Source: an uncultured Phycisphaerales bacterium (GTDB lineage Bacteria > Planctomycetota > Phycisphaerae > Tepidisphaerales > Tepidisphaeraceae). From it: DNA of 64,000 bases. The position numbers and the translations under genes were made by a program. The notes beneath the pieces are model-generated. The model was given only the letters and a program-made list of their open reading frames with translations. It had not been told where the DNA came from and did no database searches. The stretch covers positions 4,064,001 to 4,128,000 of the forward strand of contig CAVWVQ010000003.1 of NCBI GenBank assembly GCA_963758525.1, given 5' to 3'. This document shows, piece after piece, positions 11,329 through 20,007 of this stretch. Numbering within the stretch: position 1 is the first letter of the stretch; every line of letters begins with the position of its first letter.

Positions 11329-12128
11329 GCTGCTCTCCCGGCGCCGGTCAACTCCGCGACCTGCTGGCGAATCTCGTCCAGGTTTTCGTTGACGGCCATG
11401 AGCCTTCCGTACCAGACACGGTCAAACAGATCCGTCAAATTGCTGAACGTCGATCGCTCGCTGGCAGGCCCGCGGTATTGCGAAACGTAGAACCAATTGG
11501 TCTTGTTGCGGCTGTGCTCGATTTTCCCGGCGGCATGCAAGCCGGAAAGCAGCGCCAGATACAATGCGCGGTACACGGCGCGGAAGTTCTGCTGCATGGC
11601 AAGGCGGCGCGCCTCGTCCATCCATTCGCCTGATCCCAAGGCCAGCGCGTCGCCCGACTGCAGCGCCTCGTGAAGCAGTTCCCGGCTGAGGATCCTGGCC
11701 GTCGGTCCCTGGGGCGGGCCAGCCCTGAGCGATCGGATCAGAACTACCGCCATGACCGCCAGCGCCGCGGCTATGACCACGATCAACATCACTTTCAGCA
11801 CTCCCGGCAGCGAAGAGCCGTCTGCGCTTGCAGGCTGAGAGAAGTTCGCCCGACGTGGAGTGCCGCGGAAGAGGCTGTCAAGCCAACTGGTGAACGTGTC
11901 CCAGGCACCGCTCACACGATCGTCCCATGTTCGAGGCACCCTCATGTTCAAGTCGGGCAGATCTTCGTTCTGCTGCTGCTTCCACTGCTGAAAAGCCGGC
12001 TCCTGAAGAATCTGATCGAGCTGCCGATGCGGTTCCGGCGCATCGCTGCTGGCGGCCGCGCGTGGAGCCAGGCAAAGCAGATTCGAGAGCAAAAGAATGC
12101 CCAGCGAGACGTGTTTTGTCAGGTTCAT
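11325..12128 (-). CDS. DUF4129-domain membrane protein
   Basis: Signal peptide; A..LA..NFRAVYRALY..KTNW.Y..FDRVWYG motif. Confidence 0.82.
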   Translation of the reverse strand: MNLTKHVSLGILLLSNLLCLAPRAAASSDAPEPHRQLDQILQEPAFQQWKQQQNEDLPDLNMRVPRTWDDRVSGAWDTFTSWLDSLFRGTPRRANFSQPASADGSSLPGVLKVMLIVVIAAALAVMAVVLIRSLRAGPPQGPTARILSRELLHEALQSGDALALGSGEWMDEARRLAMQQNFRAVYRALYLALLSGLHAAGKIEHSRNKTNWFYVSQYRGPASERSTFSNLTDLFDRVWYGRLMAVNENLDEIRQQVAELTGAGRAA

Positions 12129-12943
12129 GCGGCGGCTCCCCCGCTGATTGCCGCGAGGCGCGCCCGCAGGTCGGTGGCCATCCGTTGGGACCTCGAATCG
12201 TCATAGAGCACAACTGCAAGCACTGTCCAAAACAGATCCAGGGCCAGGAAGACGAAGTAGCACATGCCCAGTTGCCAGGCGGAGCTTCGGAGAGTCAGGC
12301 TTAGATTCGTGCTTTCGAATCCGAGCAGGGCGGGCAGCAGACGTTCGACGAGAAAATATTGCGTCACAAAGATCGCGATCGTCAGCACCAGCGCCAGCAA
12401 TGACATTGCCAGCATGACACGCAGCAGGCGTTTGCAGGCGTGGGTAATCCAGGAGATCGCTTTCCCCAGGCGGACCCCCGCCGGCTCGTCGCTCTCCAGC
12501 AGCAGCGGGGCGGCGAAGCTTCCGATAAAAAGTCCGACGAAGCCTGGCAAGATCAAAAAGCTTCCCCACGTGATCGCGACGTTGCTGAACAGCCTCAGAA
12601 TGAGAATGGGCGGCATCTTGCGCCACAAGCCCGTCGTACGATTGCCGCTCAGATCGGCCTGCACGCGGGATTGAATATTTGCCAGCCAGATCCACCGCCA
12701 CAGGGTGGATGCGACCAGCGCCATGCAGAGCGGTCGGAGCTGACCGCCGTGTTTCGCGGCGATCGCCTCGATCAGCATCAGGCTGACCGCCGCATGCGGC
12801 CCCATCGCCAGCGCATAAAGCGGGAGAACACGATCGACGTTGCTCCGCAGATATTCCGCCGCCGCGTCGAGCGGCGCCATCGACGATCCGCCAAATTCCA
12901 AAGTCTGCGTGGCTGGTGTCATGTGCATGGCGGTTGCGGTCAT
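12125..12943 (-). CDS. Multi-TM membrane protein of the MoxR locus
   Basis: Several hydrophobic helices; ends LYDD.RSQ...DL; overlaps the downstream gene by 4 nt. Confidence 0.72.
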   Translation of the reverse strand: MTATAMHMTPATQTLEFGGSSMAPLDAAAEYLRSNVDRVLPLYALAMGPHAAVSLMLIEAIAAKHGGQLRPLCMALVASTLWRWIWLANIQSRVQADLSGNRTTGLWRKMPPILILRLFSNVAITWGSFLILPGFVGLFIGSFAAPLLLESDEPAGVRLGKAISWITHACKRLLRVMLAMSLLALVLTIAIFVTQYFLVERLLPALLGFESTNLSLTLRSSAWQLGMCYFVFLALDLFWTVLAVVLYDDSRSQRMATDLRARLAAISGGAAA

Positions 12944-12953
12944 AACGAATGCC

Positions 12954-13244
12954 TCAGTGAAGCATTTCCATCAATGCTTCGGACGACAGCAGGTACGCCA
13001 GAAACATCAGATACACCGCGAGCGGCGTGCCGACCACCGCGGCAAGCGCCGTCATGGAGAATCGCCCTCGCTTCGGCTGGGATTCCTCGCGCTGCTTTCT
13101 GAGAAGCTCCAGACCTTCCCGGCTGTAGTTCACCCCCTCGTACCGCGTCGAGCACTCGCCGCAGATGGGCTTGCGCGTCATCACGCAGATTCCAATGGCC
13201 CACCGCCGCGGATGATTGACGCAAAATCGCTGCTCAATTGCCAT
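12954..13244 (-). CDS. Small B-box-like zinc-finger membrane protein
   Basis: CVNHP..GICVMTRKPICGEC followed by one TM segment. Confidence 0.7.
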   Translation of the reverse strand: MAIEQRFCVNHPRRWAIGICVMTRKPICGECSTRYEGVNYSREGLELLRKQREESQPKRGRFSMTALAAVVGTPLAVYLMFLAYLLSSEALMEMLH

Positions 13245-13439
13245 GAGATTTCCCCGAGCCCGAGAGCTTAACCGGCGCGGAAGCGGATAGGAAGTTCAGA
13301 CCTTCCCGGGTTCCTGATCCGGTGCGTGACACTTCCAGCGAGGCTGGTCTCTCCCCCTCCCCTGGTATTACCGGGAGAGGGGGTAGCGCGCAGAGACGGT
13401 CGTGCGTGCCCGCGGATGCGGATCGGATGCCAATCCGAT

Positions 13440-13550
13440 ATGATTCCTGCAACGAAGATGGTAGGGCGGGATTCATCCCGCCGTTTTCTCTGCCCGCCAA
13501 CTTATCGGCGGGATGAATCCCGCCCTGCTCGGGGTGAATGATTCCTGCAA
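13440..13550. repeat. GTAG-type REP doublet (REPIN/BIME-like) bracketed by 13-bp direct repeats
   Basis: GTAGGGCGGGATTCATCCCGCC at 13461-13482 with an inverted copy at 13507-13528; ATGATTCCTGCAA at 13440 and 13538. Confidence 0.75.
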
Positions 13551-13581
13551 TCAAGTGTTGTCAGCATCGTTGAGGAGCGCA

Positions 13582-15312
13582 ATGAAATCGTCGGATGCAG
13601 AGGGCGAATCCCCAGCGGGGGATTCAGGCAAGGAAGCCGGTGAGTCTGGCGGTCTGGACTTCGTCCGGCGGATCGTCACGGAAGATCTGAAGACCGGAAA
13701 GTGGGGGGGGCGAGTGGCGACGCGATTTCCGCCGGAGCCGAACGGGTATTTGCACATCGGGCATGCCAAGTCGATCTGTCTGAACTTTGGAATTGCCAAC
13801 GAGTTCGGCGGAACGTGCAACCTCCGCTATGACGACACCAACCCAGCCAGGGAAGAAGATGAATACGTCCGGTCCATCGACGACGACGTTCGCTGGCTTG
13901 GCTTCAACTGGGCAGGGAAGTATTACGCGTCAGATTATTTCGACCAGATGTACGACTGGGCGATGCAGCTTGTGAAAGCGGGCAAGGCGTATGTCGAGGA
14001 ATTGACCGCCGATCAGATCCGCGAATATCGCGGGACGCTGACAGCGCCGGGAAAGCCCAGCCCGTATCGCGATCGGCCGGTGGCGGACAATGTGCAACTG
14101 TTCGAGCGGATGCGCAAGGGAGAATTTCCCGACGGATCGAAGGTGCTGCGGGCCAAGATCGACATGGCTTCGCCCAACCTCAACCTGCGCGATCCGGTCA
14201 TGTATCGCATTCTGCATCAGCCGCATCACAATACCGGCGACAAGTGGTGCATCTATCCGATGTACGATTGGGCGCACGGCCTGGAAGACTCCATCGAGCA
14301 GATCACCCATTCCATCTGCACGCTAGAGTTCGAGAATCACCGTCCGCTCTACGACTGGTTTATCGATCAGCTTGGCATCCATCATCCGCAGCAGATCGAG
14401 TTCGCCCGGCTGAACCTGACCTACACGATGCTCAGCAAGCGCAAGCTGCTGGAGCTGGTGAAAGCCGGAACGGTCAGCGGCTGGGACGATCCGCGCATGC
14501 CGACGATCAGCGGCTTCCGCCGCCGAGGCTACACGCCCGAGGCGATCCGCGCCTTCTGCAAGCACATCGGCGTCAACAAGTTCAACAGCGCCGTTGAAAT
14601 CGGCATGCTGGAGAATTTTCTCCGCGAGGATTTGAACAAACGCGCAATGCGCGTGATGGGCGTGCTGCGTCCATTGAAGCTTGTGATTGACAATTATCCG
14701 CAAGATCAGGTGGAAGAGCTCGATGCGGTGAACAATCCCGAAGACCCCGCCGCCGGTTCGCGCAAGGTGCCATTTTCACGCGTGCTTTACATCGAACACG
14801 ATGATTTCCGCGAGACGCCGCCGCCGAAATTTTTCCGGCTGACGATTGGCAAGGAAGTTCGGCTGCGCTACGGCTATTTTGTCACCGCCGTGAGCGTCGT
14901 GAAGGATCCAAAGAGCGGCGAAGTTCTGGAAGTGCACTGCACTTACGATCCGAAAACGCGCGGCGGAGATTCACCCGACGGACGCAAGGTGAAGGGGACG
15001 ATTCACTGGGTTTCCGCTGGTCAGGCCATCGACGCCGAGGTTCGACTCTACGATCATCTCTTCACCAAACCCGATCCCGAAGACCTCGCTCCCGGCGAAG
15101 ATTGGACAGCCAATCTCAATCCCAAATCCCTGGAAGTATTGCCCGCTGCGAAACTCGAGCCAAGCGTGAAGTCCGCGACAGCGGGTACGAGCTTTCAGTT
15201 CGAGCGAATGGGTTACTTTTGCGTCGACAAAGAGAGCACTCCGCAGCATCTGGTGTTCAATCGTTCGGTTTCGCTGCGCGATTCGTGGGCGAAGATGGAG
15301 AAGGGGAAGTAG
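13582..15312 (+). CDS. glnS: Glutamine--tRNA ligase
   Basis: [33 protein letters not shown] and FQFER.GYF motifs; exact start uncertain (13513 or 13582). Confidence 0.96.
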   Translation: MKSSDAEGESPAGDSGKEAGESGGLDFVRRIVTEDLKTGKWGGRVATRFPPEPNGYLHIGHAKSICLNFGIANEFGGTCNLRYDDTNPAREEDEYVRSIDDDVRWLGFNWAGKYYASDYFDQMYDWAMQLVKAGKAYVEELTADQIREYRGTLTAPGKPSPYRDRPVADNVQLFERMRKGEFPDGSKVLRAKIDMASPNLNLRDPVMYRILHQPHHNTGDKWCIYPMYDWAHGLEDSIEQITHSICTLEFENHRPLYDWFIDQLGIHHPQQIEFARLNLTYTMLSKRKLLELVKAGTVSGWDDPRMPTISGFRRRGYTPEAIRAFCKHIGVNKFNSAVEIGMLENFLREDLNKRAMRVMGVLRPLKLVIDNYPQDQVEELDAVNNPEDPAAGSRKVPFSRVLYIEHDDFRETPPPKFFRLTIGKEVRLRYGYFVTAVSVVKDPKSGEVLEVHCTYDPKTRGGDSPDGRKVKGTIHWVSAGQAIDAEVRLYDHLFTKPDPEDLAPGEDWTANLNPKSLEVLPAAKLEPSVKSATAGTSFQFERMGYFCVDKESTPQHLVFNRSVSLRDSWAKMEKGK

Positions 15313-15568
15313 GGGAAGGAAGGGACGGTAGGGAAGGAAGGCACGCAGGGGAGGAAAGGCACGAAGGCACGGGGGGGAAGGAAGGCACGAAGGCACGGAG
15401 GCACGAAGGGAAGGACGCGGCTGAGGCCGCGAGATTGGCGGTTTGTTTGTAACGGTTCGTCATCTGACGTAATGCTTTTCAACGTGCGCATTGCACCAAC
15501 TCCGCCGCGCCAGCGTCCTCCCCTTCGTGCCTTCGTGCCTTCGTGCCTACGTGCCTACGTGCCTTCCT
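15304..15568. repeat. Periodic 8-mer (GGCACGAA) inverted-arm element plus 9-mer GGGAAGxAx repeats between convergent glnS and gltX
   Basis: ggcacgaaggcacggaggcacgaaggg at about 15384-15410, versus cccttcgtgccttcgtgccttcgtgcctacgtgcc at about 15521-15564. Confidence 0.8.
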
Positions 15569-17204
15569 GCGCTCCAGCCTTCTCCGCACATCGATCGATC
15601 CGCGCAAGCGTCGCCGACTTCCCGAGGAATTCGAGGGTTTCGAAGATGGGGGGGCTGACGGTGTTGCCGGCAATGGCGACGCGGATCGGCTGGGCGACTT
15701 TGCCGAGGCCGAGTTTTGCTTCGGCGCAGTAGGCTTTCACTGCCACCTCGATCTGGTCATGGGTCCAATTGTTGATTGCCGCGAGTATGTCCCGAACGTC
15801 GCGCAGCGCGTTCAGGCCTTGCGCATCGTTCTTCAGGAGCACCTTCGCGACGGCGTCGGGATCGAATTCGATTTGATCGTCCGGTACGAAGAAAAACCGT
15901 GTGAGATGATCGACCTCGCCAAGCGTGTGAAACCCCTTCTTCATCGTGATCAACTTCCCCAGGGCTTGATCATCAGCTCGATTCAACGGGGAATCGGGAT
16001 TCACACTGAGATAATCGCGCATCGCTGCGACGAGCCGATCGATCGACGCTGCGGCACAGGCTTCGGTGTTGAACGCGAGGAGCTTGTCGCGGGCGAACTT
16101 CGCGTTGCCGCGGTTGATACCCTCGATGGTGAAGAGGGAGATCAGTTCGTCGATGCTCATGCGCTCGCGGTCGCCGCCGGGGCTCCAGCCGAGGAGGGCG
16201 AGAAAGTTCAACAGGGCCTCGGGGAGATAGCCTTTCTTGCGAAAGTCGTGAACGAGGATCTCCGGAAGATCAGTTTCCTTCAGCCCAACGACGCGCATGA
16301 CCGCGGCTTGCTCGGTGAGGTCCAGTTGCTGCTGATTGTCCGCGAGCCACGCGGCGATTCGCAACGAGGCAATGCCAGCGGCCGCGGCCAGTTTGTCCGC
16401 GGTGCCGCCGGCGCTCTTAATCCATTGCTGGGCAGCTGCGCGAATCGCTTTGTCGCGGTCGCGCTTCCCCATCTTGCTGCCGTCCATGTTCTGAATGGTC
16501 GGCACGTGCCCATAAAGGGGCCGCGGGTAGCCGAGCGCCTCCTGCAGCGCGATGTGGTTGAACGTATTCTTTAAATGTTCCTGCCCGCGGAGGACGTGCG
16601 TCACCGCCATCTCGGCGTCGTCGACGACCACGGCGAAGTGATACGTCGGCATTCCGTCGGCTTTGCGAATGACAAAATCCTGGGCTTCTTCCGGAGGGAA
16701 AACGATTTCCCTGCCGAGCACCTCATCGCGGAAGCGGTATTCTTTCACCGGCATCGCAAACCGCACAACCGCTTGGCGATTCTCGGCGCGATATTGTGCG
16801 AGCTGCTCCTGCGAAACCGGACGACGGCGATAGATAAACGATCGCTTCGCGGCCTCGGCGGCGCGACGCTCGATGTTGATCTCCTCGCTGGTTTCGAATG
16901 CTTCATACGCCAGGCCGCGCGACATCAGATCGCCGAGGATCTGGTTGTACGTCGCCAGACGTTTGGATTGCTGCACGAGCGTCGGGTTGTCCCAGTGGAG
17001 CCCGAGCCAGCGGAGGTCTTCGAGAAGCTGCTGACACGCCTGGTCCGTGCTGCGGGCAAGATCGGTGTCTTCGATGCGGAGAAGAAATGTTCCGCCGGCA
17101 TGTCGCGCCAGCAGCCAGTTGAAGAGGGCCGTGCGGGCCCCGCCGACATGGAGGTAGCCGGTGGGGGAGGGAGCGAAGCGAGTGACAAAGCGTGCGTCGG
17201 GCAT
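15555..17204 (-). CDS. gltX: Glutamate--tRNA ligase with an insertion after the KMSKS-type motif
   Basis: TRFAPSPTGYLHVGGARTA, LRIEDTD, PTYHFAVVVDD, KMGKR and NFLALLGW motifs. Confidence 0.96.
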   Translation of the reverse strand: MPDARFVTRFAPSPTGYLHVGGARTALFNWLLARHAGGTFLLRIEDTDLARSTDQACQQLLEDLRWLGLHWDNPTLVQQSKRLATYNQILGDLMSRGLAYEAFETSEEINIERRAAEAAKRSFIYRRRPVSQEQLAQYRAENRQAVVRFAMPVKEYRFRDEVLGREIVFPPEEAQDFVIRKADGMPTYHFAVVVDDAEMAVTHVLRGQEHLKNTFNHIALQEALGYPRPLYGHVPTIQNMDGSKMGKRDRDKAIRAAAQQWIKSAGGTADKLAAAAGIASLRIAAWLADNQQQLDLTEQAAVMRVVGLKETDLPEILVHDFRKKGYLPEALLNFLALLGWSPGGDRERMSIDELISLFTIEGINRGNAKFARDKLLAFNTEACAAASIDRLVAAMRDYLSVNPDSPLNRADDQALGKLITMKKGFHTLGEVDHLTRFFFVPDDQIEFDPDAVAKVLLKNDAQGLNALRDVRDILAAINNWTHDQIEVAVKAYCAEAKLGLGKVAQPIRVAIAGNTVSPPIFETLEFLGKSATLARIDRCAEKAGAQEGT

Positions 17205-17304
17205 GCTATATGACCTTGCGCGATTACGCGCTTCCAAAAACCGTTTAGCGGCTGCTTTAAGGGCAGCATACTGCTCGCACGTGCGCGTGATCGCGCACGT
17301 TCAT

Positions 17305-18252
17305 TCAGGCGGAACCTTGAATGAGGGGGGCTGATCGAACCCGGCGTTGTCTGATCCGATACGCGATCACCCCAACAACGCCCCAGATGGCGTAAGCGAG
17401 CGTTCCGATTCCCAATGTATATCGGTGCGCGACGACCATCAGCAGAACTCCGCCGAGCACGGCCAGCACTCGCGCGATGGATCGCCGGCCGCGAAGGTAG
17501 CGATTGACCAGGTGCGGGTAGCGGATGGCGCTGACCATCAGCAACCCGGTGCCAAGCACGATCAACGGCAGCATCCAAACGCACACCGCCGAGATGATTC
17601 CGAATGTCGAATGCGGGTGGCTTGCGGATCGCTCCTCGAGGTCCTGCTGCATGAGCACGAACGCGGCAACAGCGCCCGCCGCTCCGGGGCTGGGCAGTCC
17701 CAGGAAGCTGAAGTGGTGCTGCTCGCCGTGCTCGTTGCTGACATTGAAACGCGCCAGCCGGATCAGCGCGCAGCTCACGTAGAGCGCACCCATGGCCCAG
17801 ACGAGGCGCGAGACCATCGGCAATTGCAGATCGGCGTGATACCAATGGAATAACTGGATGGACAAGAATGCGGGGGCCGTGCCAAAGCTGACAGCATCCG
17901 CCAGGCTGTCGAGCTGACCGCCGAAGTCGGTCGTGTGCCTCGCAAAACGCGCGAGACGCCCGTCGACTGCGTCAAAGATCATCGCGGCAAAGATCAGATA
18001 CGCGGCCGCGACAAACGTATGGTGGACGAAATAGAGGGTCCATGGATCGCGCGTGATGCTGTCGGTGCGGTAATCCAGCGTGGCGACATACATGGCTCCG
18101 AACCCGCACATCGCGTTCCCCAGCGTCGCAAGACTGGGCAGCGAATAGACGGAGCGAATGTACGCGCGTCGTCCGCGGCGGCGAATACGCAGCCGCCGCC
18201 GCTCGCGCGACGCCTCGTCCAGCGGCCTGCGCGGGCCGCGCAGTCGCCTCAT
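17305..18252 (-). CDS. pssA: CDP-diacylglycerol--serine O-phosphatidyltransferase
   Basis: DAVDGRLAR..FGGQLDSLADAVSFG, RLARFN and FLGLPSP motifs; coupled to psd. Confidence 0.9.
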   Translation of the reverse strand: MRRLRGPRRPLDEASRERRRLRIRRRGRRAYIRSVYSLPSLATLGNAMCGFGAMYVATLDYRTDSITRDPWTLYFVHHTFVAAAYLIFAAMIFDAVDGRLARFARHTTDFGGQLDSLADAVSFGTAPAFLSIQLFHWYHADLQLPMVSRLVWAMGALYVSCALIRLARFNVSNEHGEQHHFSFLGLPSPGAAGAVAAFVLMQQDLEERSASHPHSTFGIISAVCVWMLPLIVLGTGLLMVSAIRYPHLVNRYLRGRRSIARVLAVLGGVLLMVVAHRYTLGIGTLAYAIWGVVGVIAYRIRQRRVRSAPLIQGSA

Positions 18253-18980
18253 GCGGGCGTCTCCCTCGGGGCGATGGCCTCAAATTCCGAGCCGTCCACG
18301 CGCTTCTCCACCGAGTGAATCGGATTGCCGAGCCGTGCGATAATATCCGCGCCGCCGCGCACCGCCTGGCCTTGTTTCACCAGAATTTCCGGATTGAGCC
18401 ACTTCGGAATCGAGAGCTCCGTGCGGCTTCCGAATTTGATCATTCCAATGCGCTGCCCGCGCTGCAGAAGGTCCCCTTCTTTGGCCGTGCAGATGATCCG
18501 CCGGGCGATCAGCCCGACGATCTGCTTCACCACCGCGACGGGCCGTCCGGTCGTCGGCTCCTCGAGGATGATGGTGTTCGATTCGTTGGTATCCGACGCT
18601 TCGTTGTGCCGCATCGCGTTGACGAATTTGCCTTGCTTGTACTTTGTTGCCCGCACCCGCGCATCGCACGGGCTGCGATTGATGTGGACGTTAAAAACCG
18701 AAAGGAAGATGCCGACCCGAATGGCCGACGTTCCCAGCAGCGGGTCGCTGTCGATCTCGGTAATATCCGAAACCACGCCATCGGCGGGGCTGACCATCAG
18801 ATGCTCTTCCACCGGAATGAGCCGCTCCGGGTCGCGAAAGAATGCAAAGAGCCAGATGAGCACGAAGAGCAGCGGAATCGCCAGCGGCCAGAATTTTATT
18901 CCCAGCACAACCGCCGTTCCCGCCAGAACCACCGACCCGATCAGCATCTCCCTCCAGCCGTGGCGTGTCACGCGAAGCAT
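18249..18980 (-). CDS. psd: Phosphatidylserine decarboxylase
   Basis: FFRDPER, SPADG, IFLSVFNVHINRSP and IKFGSRT (self-cleavage GS) motifs. Confidence 0.95.
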   Translation of the reverse strand: MLRVTRHGWREMLIGSVVLAGTAVVLGIKFWPLAIPLLFVLIWLFAFFRDPERLIPVEEHLMVSPADGVVSDITEIDSDPLLGTSAIRVGIFLSVFNVHINRSPCDARVRATKYKQGKFVNAMRHNEASDTNESNTIILEEPTTGRPVAVVKQIVGLIARRIICTAKEGDLLQRGQRIGMIKFGSRTELSIPKWLNPEILVKQGQAVRGGADIIARLGNPIHSVEKRVDGSEFEAIAPRETPA

Positions 18981-18986
18981 ACGCGC

Positions 18987-19015
18987 AAGCTAGACGGCGC
19001 GGGAGAGGTTGTCAA
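18987..19015 (-). promoter_or_regulatory. Sigma-70 promoter, leaderless, for psd-pssA
   Basis: TTGACA-N17-TAGCTT followed by 6 nt and then the ATG at 18980. Confidence 0.6.
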
Positions 19016-19022
19016 CGCGGGA

Positions 19023-19793
19023 CTATTTGGAGAAGAATTTCTTGATCGCATACACCGTCGCCTGGCGCTGCACCGCGGCGATCGATTCGAGCAGCGGAAT
19101 TTCCTTCGGGCAAACCTCGACGCAATTGCCAGCCTTGCCGCAGTCGGCGACGCCACCTTCCTCCATGAGCGTTTCCAGTCGCTCGTCCTTCAGAGATGCG
19201 CCGATCGGATGATCGTTAAACAAGCGGGCCTGGCTGATTACGGCGGCGCCGACGAACTTGTTGACCGGCGTATATTGCGGGCAGGCCTCCAGGCAACAGC
19301 CGCAACTGATGCAGCGCGACAGCGGATAGCGCTCTGCCTGAAGCTTCTCGGGCATCGGCGGCCCTTCACCCAAATCGTACGTGCCGTCGATGGGGACCCA
19401 CGCCTTGATGCGTTTGAGATCATTGAAAAGACGCTGGCGATTGACGAACAGATCGCGCACGAGAGGAAACTTGCTCATCGGCTCGAGCGTGATCGGTTGG
19501 CCCGGGGACGACACCTTGTCGACGAGCGTCGAGCAGGCCTGCCGTGCCCGGCCATTGATGACCATCGTGCAAGCGCCGCACACTTCCTCCAGGCATCCGC
19601 TGTCCCAGACTGGGGAACTGGTCGCCTTGCCTTCAGTCGTGGTCGGATGCGCAGCGATGTACTGCAGACATGAAATGATATTCATGTTCGGGCGATGCGG
19701 GACGGCGAATTCCTCCCACCGGGGCTGAGCGGAAGGCTCGTCCTGGCGACGAATCCGAATAGTGACCGTTCTTTGGCTCTGCGTGTCGCTCAT
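19023..19793 (-). CDS. sdhB: Succinate dehydrogenase iron-sulfur subunit
   Basis: CLEEVCGACTM..RQAC, CISCGCCLEACP and CGKAGNCVEVCP motifs. Confidence 0.95.
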   Translation of the reverse strand: MSDTQSQRTVTIRIRRQDEPSAQPRWEEFAVPHRPNMNIISCLQYIAAHPTTTEGKATSSPVWDSGCLEEVCGACTMVINGRARQACSTLVDKVSSPGQPITLEPMSKFPLVRDLFVNRQRLFNDLKRIKAWVPIDGTYDLGEGPPMPEKLQAERYPLSRCISCGCCLEACPQYTPVNKFVGAAVISQARLFNDHPIGASLKDERLETLMEEGGVADCGKAGNCVEVCPKEIPLLESIAAVQRQATVYAIKKFFSK

Positions 19794-20007
19794 TGCGAAA
19801 ATCGTATGGCAGCGAATCCCAAGAAGCCAGTTGTGATGGAACGCGTCATCGGACTTTTGAAACTGAAGGTTGCATGGATCGCCAGCTGGTGCAAGGCAAA
19901 GCGCGTCCGGAGATGACGGCGTTGGTCCAGCGGCAAGCCGCCGGAGGCGCCGCTTCGCCCGTCGTCAAATCCGACATTGCCGCGGACCGGCGCCTGCGTG
20001 CGCTGCG

